From Chrysomallon squamiferum (lineage: Eukaryota > Animalia > Mollusca): DNA of 64,000 nucleotides. The stretch's first letter is position 1. Every line of letters begins with the position of its first letter. Location of the stretch: positions 14,942,001-15,006,000 of the forward strand of contig CM022676.1 in the NCBI GenBank assembly GCA_012295275.1, written 5' to 3'. The notes beneath the pieces were generated by a model. That model saw only the letters and a list, made by a program, of their open reading frames with translations, ran no database searches and was not told where the DNA came from. A program made the position numbers and the translations under genes. Shown one piece after another: positions 12,850-26,551 of this stretch.

Positions 12850-13125
12850 GCATTTAATGCCATTACATTTTCTTTGTTATTTACAACCAATAATTTTGAA
12901 ATGTGTATTATTTATTTATTTTTTTTTTAAATGCTGGGGTCAGATATAGTTCATATCTATAAGCCTGTAACACACTGAATAATTATTTTTCTTTTCTATT
13001 TGTAATTTTTGTTTTACAAATCCTTGTATGTGCTTTTAATACTTGAATATTGGCTGTGATACTGATAGCCTTACCTTGTTTCTGTGAATAAATATCTCAA
13101 AGTGTCTTTTGAATTTGTTCTATTC

Positions 13126-13205
<80 letters not shown>

Positions 13206-13479
13206 ACCACTGGATACCAAATGTCTGTTGTTTTCCTTGTTTTTATTTATGTATTAGTTTATTTGTTTATTTCTTCTTTTGTTTTGTTTTGTTTATTTAT
13301 TTATTTGTTTATTTATTTATTTATTTATTTATTTAAAGATAATATCGAACATTTACAAAAAAAAAAAAAAAATAAAAAAATCAACAAAAGACAACAAAAA
13401 TTCATTTGAAATATACCTATATATCTATGTATCTATATATTGATATATTTCTTTTCTTTTTGTGTCAAAGACAGTGTAG

Positions 13480-15095
13480 TAGAAACAGAATGCTGCAAAC
13501 AGATCAGCATCTTCATATATTTAGTTGATGCAGAACCATTCTTAGAAAATTTTAATGTTTCACTTTTTCCCATCTAAAACATTATCATTACTATCTTTTA
13601 AAGACTCGATACCTTTGTCCTCCAGTTTTCCAACAACAAAAACATGAATGCTGCAAACAGATCTCTATGTTCGCCTGCTTTGCACAGCAGACAGAATAGA
13701 ACATTTAACATTTTCACTATCAGAATGAGACCCGTGAACTGTCTGCACTTGTCCTTTCGTAACATTTTGCCAGATGGACCTGGTGAAAAACTAAAATGGG
13801 ATTATCTTAATACCTTTTGACAAACCTGATAATCTGTTCACAGATCTACCGACTGGAGTCATGTTAGTTCCAATGAATTCTGTGAAAGACTGATTCTCCA
13901 CCCAACACGTGATAATCAGTGATGATAGTAGATGGAATGTAATGGCCTGTTCGCCTCTCGCAGATGTCTAACTGAGATGTTTGTTGACGTGGTACTTCAT
14001 GTTTAAACAAGTTATTCAAATCATTGCCAGTCTTAATATCACCTACAACAGGAAGGCTTCGAAAGTGCAGTTGAGGATCTACTCGGACAACAATAGTTTC
14101 ATTATCTTTGGAAGTAGACTTTTGTCCCATTATTCTGACTGAGACTCCTCTTTTAACGGAATATTCTTATGAAGAGTTGCAGTACTGACGTCAACAGTTA
14201 TATGTAGATCAGCAGTGACTTGTCTGTAATTACTCCAATCGCTATGTTTACAATGTGGTCCGACTGTTGAAATTGTATATATAATCTGTATCTTCTCCGG
14301 ACTTGATATCCTTGACTGCAACTTTGCAGTAATGGATCTAAGTAAGAATCTGCATTCCCTAGTTGACAGATGTTCATGCTGGCAAAATTAGCAGCCATCA
14401 CGTTCTCTGGGTGTCTTCCAAGTCCCGATCACAGATTACATCTCCCGCTGATTTAAGCTGTTGATTAGCTGGATTACAAGGTGCGTGAAGAGGCCAGCCC
14501 CAAACCTGTCGTTCTTTCGCTTTTCAAAACAGAAAACATTCCATAAAATAAGAGCTGGACTTCTGCAGGATGGACGTGTATTTCACTGAGGGTTCCATTA
14601 GCCAATGTGTGACCCCGGAAAGCTCTAACGTAGGCTTTGCCATTTAGGAAATAGTTTACATCATTTTTCGGAACACGTCACTTAAATCACGTCCGTAAAA
14701 CCTCAGGCGTTCTATTAGGTGCTCAAGGCAGTAAAGATAGGACATCCTGGTGTCATGAATTATTGTGCTTGTTTTAACCGTGAATGTTGATGAAAGATAA
14801 GGACTGAACTGTGCTATGATTCCTCTTTCCAGAGGCAACGAATAACAAAGTGGAATATACTACAAGACGTGTTGGTGTGATTCATATCCATCATGGTAGG
14901 AAGAGAAGAGATGATTTTCCAGGAAGATCATCCTTGCATTCTGACTGCATCATTCCTGACCATTCAGTTCTTCTGAGACGAAGTCGCAAGGATGTCGTCC
15001 TGACAAGACGAAGCTTGACTTCACGTCTTCTGTAGTTGTATGTATGTTGTTCTGTATGTCAGGCAGCTTTTCCTACACTGGTGCTGAGACCTGTC
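13480..15095. mobile_element. Decayed transposable-element-like segment, possibly Gypsy/LTR-derived
   Basis: GC-richer, non-repetitive 1.6-kb island with broken ORFs. Weak motifs: minus-strand VFVVGKLEDKGIESLKDS (retropepsin-like position); plus-strand RICIP..DVHAG and LRRSRK..RPDK (integrase-like). Not decisive. Confidence 0.3.
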
Positions 15096-15110
15096 CAAGA
15101 AATTTGTTAC

Positions 15111-15147
<37 letters not shown>

Positions 15148-15432
15148 TAAATTATTTATTCTTGGTTAACCCATTCCCTGTCTTATATCTACTGGAGAAA
15201 TAATTAAGATTAATTTCATACAGATATTTTACATTTTTAATTATTTCTTTATTTCTGTATGTTTGTATTTGGTTATACAATTTAATTTCTATTTATTGGT
15301 TTATTTTGTATATTTATTTATTTATTTATTTATTTTTTTTTTATATTATTATTTTGTTTATTTATTTATTTATTTTTATTTATTTATTTATTTGTATATT
15401 TATTTATTTTATTTATTTATTTATTTATTTAT

Positions 15433-15490
<58 letters not shown>

Positions 15491-16057
15491 TAAATTCTCT
15501 TCACTACATTTAATATTAGTTTAAATATATGCTACTGCCGCGTACGAGTCAGTCAGTTCACCTAAGCACATTTGTCTTATTGTTATCGGCTGCACGTGTA
15601 TTTCTATCTGTCCTTGCATATTAGTCAGATCTCTCACATCGTATCCAAATTTGTATTTACGTCAGAACTGTTTACCACAACGTGATCAAACTGAAAATGA
15701 TATCGACCAACTGTGATGACAGCATAGCAAAAATTAATATGTTAATATTTTAACTGTTTGTGACTAGTGTTCAACATCGACTTTGAATATACAGCTTCGT
15801 TCTTCACAGGTTAAGTTTACTGTATATTTACTTTCATCTTCCATCATCATCATCATTATCGTTGTTGTTATAATAATAACAATAATAACGATAATAATGA
15901 TGATGATGATGTTGTTGTTGATGATGATTATATTAATGAAAATAACAATAATAATAATAAAATAGACATTGTTAACGTAGATACCTCTACCTGTAGACAT
16001 TTCCATTAATTTTCAATTTAACTCAGCGAGGTTTTGTACATAAAAGTTAATTTCTGC

Positions 16058-16102
<45 letters not shown>

Positions 16103-16111
16103 TTTTTGTTG

Positions 16112-16179
<68 letters not shown>

Positions 16180-16302
16180 ATTATTATTGTTATTATTGTT
16201 GTTAGATAGATAGATGGATAGATAAATAAAGAAGAGAGACAGACAGGGCTACAGAGAGAGAGATAAATAATATATACTTGCACCATTCTCTTCTTCAGTA
16301 AG

Positions 16303-16488
16303 ATGAACGTGTGGCAGCTGACAGTTGTTTGTGTTCTTGTTTTGCTCGGTGAGGTGGAATCATGCAATCCAGGGGAACTGATAAACAAACAGTTCCAGCC
16401 ATGTACGTACACATTTCCAAAAGAAATCCAAAGAACCGCTTCCAAATTCGAGCTGCCCTGCAGACGTCTCCGATTATGCTATGCCTGT
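16303..16488 (+). CDS. Secreted conodipine-like (group IX sPLA2-fold) protein, paralog A, coding exon 1
   Basis: Acceptor ttcttcag just before the ATG; signal peptide MNVWQLTVVCVLVLLGEVES; PCTYTFP...KFELPCRRLRLCYAC, with CxxHDxCYxC spacing but HD replaced by LR; phase-0 donor TGT|GTAAAT at 16489. Confidence 0.8.
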
Positions 16489-16524
16489 GTAAATTATATT
16501 CTTATAATAATAATAATAATAATA

Positions 16525-16661
<137 letters not shown>

Positions 16662-16726
16662 GGATAATAAGGATAATGATGATAATAATAATAATTACAA
16701 TGATAATGATAATTATAATAATACAA

Positions 16727-16771
<45 letters not shown>

Positions 16772-16965
16772 AAATGAAAACATACACACAAAGAAGTATA
16801 AACATACAGACAAAGAAATACGTACAAATGCAGAAAAATATGTAAACATGTGGAACTGAAGAGAGACGTAGATTTACAAAGAAACATGTACACATATAGA
16901 AACATGATACGAAATATAAAGCTCACAGTTCTACGTTTGTTGAAACATTTCTATTTCGTTTGAAG

Positions 16966-17160
16966 GGCAGACAGATAGATGTTTCGAAAGAGTTGTGTGA
17001 TTTGATGTTCTTCAAGCATCTGGAAAGCGCTTGCGATTTCGAAGATCATTGCTTCCAAACAGTTATGAACTTTTATGTAGAAAACACAAAACAACAACTT
17101 GTGAACCAAATACCTCCGACTTGGTGCAGACAAAACTGGGTTACCATTTGCGTAATTTGA
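16966..17160 (+). CDS. Conodipine-like paralog A, coding exon 2
   Basis: Acceptor tttgaag|GGC; GRQIDVSKELCDLMFFKHLESACDFEDHC...FY...PPTWCRQNWVTICVI* fits the conodipine-like C-terminal pattern (CD..F...C, PxWC..xWV..C); AATAAA at 17244. Confidence 0.8.
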   Translation, partial: GRQIDVSKELCDLMFFKHLESACDFEDHCFQTVMNFYVENTKQQLVNQIPPTWCRQNWVTICVI

Positions 17161-18183
17161 TAACAGCCATTAGAAGACGCCGGAGTCATTCGTATTTCTT
17201 TTGTAATATCAGTGCTAATTTTGCTAACAGCAATATATCCATGAATAAAACTTTTAGAAAGTTGCTAAATACTTACTTTATACGTTAATCAACCAATTAA
17301 TTAAGAAATTATTTATTTATTTATTTGTTTATTTCTTAATGTTTAATTTTTGAACATGCTTTGGAATTGAATTATTATTATTTGTATTGTTATCGTTGTC
17401 AATAGAAATATAAGTGTCAGTGCGTGTCGGTATATAAATATCAGTGTGTGTATGTCCCAGTATATAAAAATGATTGTCTGTGTTTCAGTATATAAATATG
17501 AGTGTGTGTATTTGTCAGCATATAAATACCAGTATATGTGCATGTCAGAAGAAATATCTGTTTACGTATGTGCCAGTATATAAATGTTAGTTCGCGCGCA
17601 CACACACACACACACTCCAACACACACACACACACATATACATATATTGTATATTTAAGCTGTATACCAGTGTATATGTCAGTGTATGTGTCAGTATAAA
17701 AATGTCCATGTGTATGTGTCAGTATGTCTATGTTTCAGTGTAGGTGTTTGTTCTCAGTTTGTGTATGTCAGTATGTACGATTGTCACTGGGTGTCACTGT
17801 GTTTGGATGCCAGTGTGAATGTGTCAGTATGTGTGCCTTTAGTGTGCGTTATTATGTATTCAGGTTGGCGGTGTATGTGTTATTACGTGTGTTTTTCATT
17901 GTTTCACTGTGAGTGTGTCTCAATGTATTCATGGTAATGTGTGTCCCTACGTATCACTCTGTATTTATTCGTATGTGCCGGTTTGTGTGTTTGATAATGT
18001 ATGCATTTTTCTGTGAATGTGGCTGTGTGCGTGTATCTGTGCGTATATTTGTCAGTGGGTATATGTCAGAGAATGTTTTAGTGTATGTATGCACCAGTTT
18101 TGATACGTCAGTGTATATGAATACATATTTCTGTAAGTAAATGCCTTTAAATGTGTGTGTGTGTTTTTATGTGTGCCTGTGTA

Positions 18184-18231
<48 letters not shown>

Positions 18232-19484
18232 GAGATAGATAGAGAGAGAGATAGATCAAATTGCTGTAGATTTTATGTGCAACTCAAAAGAAGTGGCCCT
18301 ATTTAAAATTATTTTATTTCTGTGTTATTTATATGTTTAATAGCTCATAGACAGCGTGTTTTATTACATAATCTGACTGTATATAATATGAATACGTTCT
18401 GAAATAGACGAATTCTTATCGTGTTTTGCCTATCACTATCGCTTCTGTTCTAAGACAGGCGATTGTTTTGCTTTCAAAATTCTTGCGAGAACGGCAAATT
18501 AAGAATCTTTAATCCTAAACTATACTAGATAACGGAATAATGTATTTAGAGGTATTGATAGAAAGCCGAATAAAAAGCTAATGACTTTTCATTAATATCA
18601 TAAAATGATAAATTGATCAATTTAAAACAGATTATTTTTGTTTGTTGATAAGCCCCATCAGAGAATATTTCATCAATGGTCATATGAGAGGTATGATAGG
18701 TACCACACCTTTAGTACATGAAATGCTGTTATTTTCATTTTTTTGAGTAACAGTTGTATATATAGACTGTGCTTGTGCAATGTAAAATATTGGTTTTGTA
18801 ATTCCTTTCAAGGTAATATTTAACATAAAACCCCAAAATTAAAAGAACCCTCACTGGATGTTACTGATGACATGACATTTTCCTTCTAAATCAACCAAAA
18901 ACTAATACTGATTAAATCATTCTTTTTTCAGATGTTTAAAGTAGTCGATCTGAATAAGTTAATGCATGTTTAGCAACATGATCCAGTCATTGTAACGTTT
19001 TGCTTGACTTCTTTCCTTGCGATCAGTCACATCCGATCATATTGTTGTTGCTTTTTAAACAATGGCCTTTTATCAACAATAAATGGTTTCAAAATATCTT
19101 CTACTTCTAAAATTTATGAACAATAAAAGTAAGACTTTCCATTAATATTAGAATTTGCACTTAAAAGTAATTTTCAAAATATTCCCTATGTGTCACACGT
19201 CAAGGCTAAGCTTTTGAGAATGGGTTACTATATATATGTGTGTTTATGTGCGTACGCACGCGCGCATACGTGTGTGTTTCCTGCATGAACTCACGTCCTG
19301 TATTTGCTGTTCAGAAAATAAATATGAATAACGAATGACTGACTGACACCACTTGCTTTGTTTTATTCGTGACAAAATTTCTGTAATGATTAGAATGTAG
19401 CTTACAGGCGCACTACACGTTACACACATATCAGTAACACCATCAATGTCTTTATGTTTTCCACTGTGTGGATAAAAAGAAACA

Positions 19485-19526
<42 letters not shown>

Positions 19527-20131
19527 CATCATCATTGTTATTATTATTATTGTTGTTGTTGTTATTATTGTTATTATTATTAAAACTATTTGATATTCAA
19601 AACAATGACAATGGAAAGTAGTTTTACTTTGTACTGTACCGTTTAAAAACATCATGATACGAACGAGTGAACTGAAAGATCAGGAAAAGCAGCGAAGCAA
19701 TAATTTCTATTATTCATACTGGCCTGTAGGATGTTTTTATAGTCATGATTGACAAAACATTCATTCAAGATATCAATAAGCGGTGTAAATCTAAAGAAAA
19801 CAATATTAAGATACTGAAAGAAAAGATGTACATTGTTTCGAAGGGCTGTCTTTAATTTTACAAAAGCTGTGTTAATGTATGAAACACGATGTGTATTCTC
19901 ATTTTAGACGCACGCACGCAGACGCACACATATAGACTACATCCATAATTCAGATACACACATACAAACCCACACAAAGATGGACACTGTGACGAAGATA
20001 AATAATCTCGTCTTCAGTTAACGCAAAACCCGATTATCTATAAAACTGTGATTCATTACATACATTTGTTTTACGTTTACAAACATAAAGTATTTTACTA
20101 AAATAATTTTTCTTCATATCTAAACTTAAGA

Positions 20132-20195
<64 letters not shown>

Positions 20196-20533
20196 TTTTT
20201 ATTATTATTTTTTTTTGTAGGATAGAGCCAGTTTTGACTGATAAACTAAGATTTTGAAATTTGTTAACCCGCGTGGCTTAGCTTTTATCTTTGATTCCTC
20301 GGTTCAGACGAAGTTGAGGTTCATGTTGTGTTTCGGGAAGCTACAAGCGAGCTGTTGCACGTGACAGCTGTTCCGTTTGATGGACACAAGGGCACGTGAG
20401 AGAATTTCAAACTTTGGCCTTGCTTTGATAAGCGTTTCGAGGCGGTATCTATAAGAGACTTGTCTAACCTTGTCATCAGGCAGAGTAATCTTTGTGTGTG
20501 TATCTGAAAGTAATTGCAAATGTAGGGTATATA

Positions 20534-20591
<58 letters not shown>

Positions 20592-20936
20592 TGCGCGCGT
20601 TAACGTAATAACTTGACTCTCCCGTGACAGATTCCGTCATTAATTATTTTAACTGATGTTTCCACAAAATCGTAAATCATGTAGTTGCGATTATTATACT
20701 TCATAATATTAAAAGACATATTCTATATAAAAATAAATAACTCAAACTGTACCCTTGTTGATGTGTTATTTACCTCAGTTGATACATATGTGTGTGTTTG
20801 TGTGTGTGTGTGTATGTGTGTCACGGTGTCAATGCTTAAAGTGCTCGTTATGATATCTAGGGGATTAGAACACTATGACGTGTTAAATAGTAACAGTAAT
20901 TCATGATACCGACCACTTTAAGCATTTACACACACA

Positions 20937-20986
<50 letters not shown>

Positions 20987-21416
20987 ATATGTATGGGATT
21001 ATGTACGTATGTATGTTTATTTTTTGCCATATAAACCTGACATCACTTTTTGCATTGTTTTTTTTCCCATATTAAAGATATTGATCTGTTATCAACAAAA
21101 CATTATTTTTATTTACCTCGACTGTGACTGTGTCCGCACAATCTGTTATAAAATGTAGAACTAATCTATAATTCTAAAAGTAATTAATTCAATAAACATA
21201 ACAGAGTGCACCGTATTAAAGTGTGTGTTTTTTTGATCATATAATTTAAAACAGTTTCTTTATTTATTTATTATCTTTTTAAATTATCTAATGATCTGTG
21301 TTAGTGAAATTTTAGGCAGGCTAATATACATATCTCATTCTTGAACAGAAATTAGTCTTAAGAAGAAGAGGAACGCAATAAGAGAATTACCAAGTACATT
21401 TTTCATTTATTATACA

Positions 21417-21596
<180 letters not shown>

Positions 21597-22095
21597 CAGA
21601 TTCTGATACACATACAGATGTATAATATACGTGCATGTGCATGTATTTGACTTATATTGGTATATATTAGCGTGTGTGTGTGTGTGTGAACTTTTGCAGA
21701 TACTCTGTATAAGTGTTTTTGTGTCGTACAAATGATTAGCTTCCTGTGTAAAACCATTACTTAGTTTGTTATTTGCGTTGACGTGTCAAATATATATTTT
21801 TACGTGAAGAAATTTGTAATTATTCTCTTAAATACTGCTGTTTTATATAAAAAAAAAGAAAACAAATAATAAATTAATGAACGAATGAATGAATAAATAA
21901 ATAAATAAATAAATGTAAATGAATATACGGGAATTGATGAAAACATAGTCACACACACATTGTTCGTGTAGTTCTATCGAGAACCGACAGGTTTAAATTT
22001 TGTTCTTCTTCTTGTTTTGTCATCATCATTCTCATCATCGTCGTCGTGGTAATTATCATCATCATCATCATCTTCTTCTTCATTATTATTATTAC

Positions 22096-22144
<49 letters not shown>

Positions 22145-22721
22145 TATTATTGTTGTTATTGTTGTTGTTGTTACTTATTATTATTTTCTTTTTTAAGCTA
22201 TTTATTTATGTATTTATTTAATATTACGTACAATCCACTTACTTTGTACCTACCTGAAGACAGACAGATATATAGACTCACACAAGGATTCACATCAGAC
22301 ATTCATATACATCTAATCATATAATAGATAAAATATACATGCATAAAAAAAAAAAAAAAAAAAAGCACACAGATCATAAACATACAAAAACACATGTACA
22401 TGCACGTGTAGACCAAGACAGATGGCTTGATAGACAGATATGTAGGTAGGAAGGCAGAAAGAGAGACCGATAGACACAGACAGATAGACAGACAGACAGA
22501 TAGGCAGATACAGAGATAGACAGACAGATTGACTGACTGACAGATTTACTGACAGACAAATGCAGAGAAATGATAATTATTCATTTATTTATTTACTTCT
22601 TTTCTTCTCTACTTATTTATTTATTTATTTACTCATTTATCTCTTTGCTTGTGTACTTAATTTCAGTATCATTATTTTGATTATTATCAATAACATTATT
22701 TTATTTATTTTATTTTGCAGA

Positions 22722-22904
22722 ATGTGCATCCTTTTGGTGTGTTTGTATTTCGTATTTTCTGTCGCTGACGTGCACTGCTGTTTCTTTCAGAAGCGTAGTG
22801 AGATAATACTTAAGGGTTGCACACGAGACATCCGTACTGAAATGAGGAAATTTCTACCCATGTTTGACAGTTCGTGTAAACGATATGACCTCTGTTACAT
22901 TTGT
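22722..22904 (+). CDS. Conodipine-like paralog B, coding exon 1
   Basis: ttttgcag|aATG; signal peptide MCILLVCLYFVFSVADVHC; KGCTRDIR...FLPMFDSSCKRYDLCYIC (catalytic His replaced by Tyr); donor TGT|GTAAGT at 22905, same position and phase as paralog A. Confidence 0.85.
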
Positions 22905-24191
22905 GTAAGTAAACGTCATGTTCTCAATTATCTTTGTGTAAGTAAACGTCACTATCTCAGTTATATTTGTGTAAGTAAACGTCCTGATCTTAGTTATGTT
23001 TGTGTAACTAAAAGTCCTGATCTCAGTTACCTTTGTGTAAGTAAACGTCCTGATCTAGTATATTTGTGTAAGTAAACGTCCTCATATCAGATATCTTTGT
23101 GTAAGTAAACGACCTGATCTCAGTTATCTTTGTGTAAGTAAAGATCCTGATCTCAGTTATCTTTGTGTAAGTAAACGTCCTGATCTCAGTTATCTTTCTG
23201 TAACTAAACGTCCTGATCTCAGTTATCTTGTGGAACAAAACGTCATGATCTCAGTTGTCTTGTGTAAGTAAACGTCCTGATATATGTTATCTTTGTGTTA
23301 GTAAACGTCCTGATATCAGTTCTCTTTGTGTAACAATACCTTATGATCTCAGTTATCTATGTGTAAGTAAACGTTCTGATCTATGTTATCTTTGTGTAAG
23401 TAAACGTCCTGATCTGAGTAACCTTTATAAGTAAACGTCCTGATATCTTTATCTTTTTGTAAGTAAACGTCCTGATATATGTTATCTTTTTGTAAGTAAA
23501 CGTCCTGATATCAGTTATCTTTGTGTAACAAAACGTCCTGATCTCAGTTATCTTTGTGTAACAAAACGTCCTGATCTCAGTTATCTTGTGGAACAAAACG
23601 TCATGATCTCAGTTATCTTGTGTAAGTAAACGTCCTGATATATGTTACCTTTGTGTAAGTAAACGTCCTGATATCAGTTCTATATGTGTAACAAAACGTC
23701 ATGATCTCAGTTATATTTGTGTAAGTAAACGTCATGATCTCAGTTATCTTTGTGTAAGTAAACGTCGTGATGAAAGTTATCTTTGTGTACGTAAACGTCC
23801 TGATCTCAGTTATGTTTGTGTAAGTAAACGTCCTGATCTCAGTTATCTTTGTGTAAGTAAACGTCCTGATCTCAGTTACTTTTGTGTAAGTAAACGTCCT
23901 GATCTCTGTTATCTTTGTGTAAGTAAACGTCCTGATCTTAGTTATCTTTGTTTAAGGAAACGTCCTGATGTATGTTGCTTTTGCGTAAGTAAACGTCCTG
24001 ATCTCAGTTATCTTTGTGTAAGTAAACGTCCTGATCTCAGTTATCTTTGTGTAAGTAAACGTCCTGATCTCTGTTATCTTTGTGAAAGTAAACGTCATGA
24101 CCTCAGTTATCTTGAGTAAGTAAATATCCTGATATCTCATATCTTTGTTTAAGTAAACGTCTGGATTTCAGGTATTTTTCTGTAAGTAAAC
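22878..24191 (+). repeat. 33-bp minisatellite (~40 units) derived from the exon 3' end plus splice donor
   Basis: Consensus AAACGTCCTGATCTCAGTTATCTTTGT-GTAAGT vs the real exon end AAACGATATGACCTCTGTTACATTTGT|GTAAGT (26/33 identical); most units carry GTAAGT. Confidence 0.97.
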
Positions 24192-24444
24192 TTTCTATAC
24201 ATATATGGATACAAATGTACAAACACGCAGAAACATACACACAAACATATATGCATAGACATGCATAGAGTCACACAAATACACATATAAAAATACATAT
24301 ACAAATAAATATATCCTAGCACACATATATACACGCATGCACGCACATATACAAATTCAGAGTGATGCACACACAGAGCCAAGCACATTTTCTGTCCTAA
24401 ATACATACACAGATACACACATTTAAAATCATTTCGTATTTCAG

Positions 24445-24639
24445 GCGAGAGCGTTGAACAATGATAAGAGTTACTGTGACTTCTGGTTTTTCAAACATCT
24501 TGAAGCACGATGCAACATGAGAAAGGAGTGTCAAAGCGCGCTATTATATTTCTTTAAACACAACATTCAAAACGCAGATGTTTTAGATCATTCACCAAAC
24601 ATGTGTAAAAGTATTGATATCCAGAGGTGCATCGTTTAA
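24445..24639 (+). CDS. Conodipine-like paralog B, coding exon 2
   Basis: Acceptor tatttcag|GCG; ARALNNDKSYCDFWFFKHLEARCNMRKEC...HSPNMCKSIDIQRCIV*; cysteine pattern and FFKHLE shared with paralog A. Confidence 0.85.
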   Translation, partial: ARALNNDKSYCDFWFFKHLEARCNMRKECQSALLYFFKHNIQNADVLDHSPNMCKSIDIQRCIV

Positions 24640-25830
24640 CCAAAGCAAATAAACGATATTGAAGATATCCTTGATTTTGTCGTTTCTTTCTGCCTGTAGT
24701 ACTAAGAGTATTACTAACTATTCTTACTGTAATTTCTACTGCTATCACTGCTAGAATTATTACAGACATAGAACGTTTACTTCCAATAGAGAACAAAATA
24801 TCTATTATTATTATTATTATTATTATTTGTTGTTGTTGTTCCAGTTCTTATTGTTATTATTATTGTTGTTGTTCTTATTATTATAGCAGTTGTTGCCTTT
24901 GTTACTATTGCCGCTACCAATGATGCTTTTTCTATTATTACAACACAAATACAGATGTTCATGCTGTTTATTGTACCATTACAACTACTACTACAGTTTT
25001 CACTAATTATATGTTTTAATACTGTTACAAATACTACACTGGCTGCTATAGAAACAACTTCTACTACAACTGAGAAAAGTAATGTTAGAATGATTCTTCG
25101 TGTTATGTGTGAGAAAACTGAAAACAACGATAAAAACTAAAACTCGGTGACGATCAACTAAGAAAAAAAAAAGAATCCTGATTTTAATTGTCATTGCATA
25201 TTTCCTGCTATTCCTAGGAAAAATTCAGCGTGTTTCAATTTCTCACTGATATTCACTCTCAGTCTTCAAACAGTGATACCGACCCGTTGATTGGAAACTC
25301 GACATTACTTCTTTTATTCGTCGTAAAAATATCGCCAAAACCGTTCACAGAGACTGGCCATAAACTTTTCTCTATAACCCTTTATTTCCATCTGCATTTT
25401 GTTATTATCGATGTATATTAGCGTATGCGTGTGCACCTGTTCAGATATTCTGTGCATGTGTTTTTGTGTCGTACAAATGATTGGCCTCCTGTTTTAAACG
25501 ATTACTTAGTTTGTTATTTGCGTTGACGTGTCAAATATATTTTATTACGTGAACAAATTTGTAATTATTCTCTTAATAATGCTGTTGTATATAAACAAAG
25601 AAGGAAACAAATAATAAATTAATGAACGAACGAATGAATGAATGAATGAATGAATGAACAAATAAATGTAAATGAATATTCGGGAATTGATGAAAACATA
25701 GTCACACACACATTGTTCGTGTAGTTGTATCGAGTACCGACAGGTCTAAATTTTTGTTCTTCTTGTTGTTTTGTCATCATTATTCTCATCATCGTCGTCG
25801 TAGTAATAATCATCATCATCATCATCGTAT

Positions 25831-25876
<46 letters not shown>

Positions 25877-26368
25877 AATCATAATTCTCTTAACTACTAT
25901 TATTATTATTGTTGTTATTGTTGTTGTTTTTACTTATCATTATTTTCGTTTTTAAGCAATTTATTTGTTTGTATTTATCATTACGTACCATCGATTAGTC
26001 TATAACTACCTGAAGACAGACAAAAATGTAGACTCACACACGGACTCACATCAGTCACTCATATACCTCTATTAATATACATAGAAAAACAAACATGAAT
26101 ATAAAACACACATCATAAACCTACAGAAACACATTCGCATGCACGTGCAGACAAAGACAGATGGCGTGATAGAGATACAGATAGACAGACAGACAGATTT
26201 ACTGACAAACTGACAAATGTAGAGAAATGATATTTACTCATTTATTCATTTACCTCTTTGATTCTGTACTTAATCGTATAGTAACTATTTTGATTATTAT
26301 CAGTATCTTTATTTTCTTTTATTTTCTTTGATTTATTTGTTTTATTTTATTTAATATTATTTTGCAAA

Positions 26369-26551
26369 ATGTTCATCCTTTTGGTGTGTTTTTATTTCGT
26401 AGCCTCTGTGGATCACACGCAGTGTTGTTTGTACAAGAAGAATAGTGAGATAATACTGAAAGGTTGCAAACGAGACATCCGTACTGAAATGCAGAAATTT
26501 TTACCCATGTTTGAGAGTTCGTGTAAACGATATGACCTCTGCTACCTTTGT
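26369..26551 (+). CDS. Conodipine-like paralog C, coding exon 1
   Basis: MFILLVCFYFVASVDHTQC signal peptide; ...FLPMFESSCKRYDLCYLC|GTAAGT (26552); 61 codons, as in paralog B. Confidence 0.85.

Larger units (their letters stand above)
21710..25410 (+). repeat. Tandem segmental duplication unit 1 (contains paralog B)
   Basis: Upstream block (gtgtttttgtgtcgtacaaatgatt...ccgacag|gt), introns, exons and 3' flank (attttaattgtcattgcatatttcctgc...tctgcattttgttatta) recur at 25455-28050. Confidence 0.9.

Noticed and set aside
22905-24191. 33-bp array as a CRISPR array or as a minus-strand repeat protein (TYTKITEIRTF)n
   Set aside because: Head-to-tail units with no unique spacers, eukaryotic context, no cas genes. 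The minus-strand ORFs are by-products of a 33-bp period with no start or splice support.
24955-25421. ORFs in the duplicated 3' flank (MFQFLTDIHSQSSNSDTD..., also 27870-28100) as an additional gene
   Set aside because: Non-ATG starts, and the frames diverge between the two copies through an indel; similarity is explained by the recent duplication.
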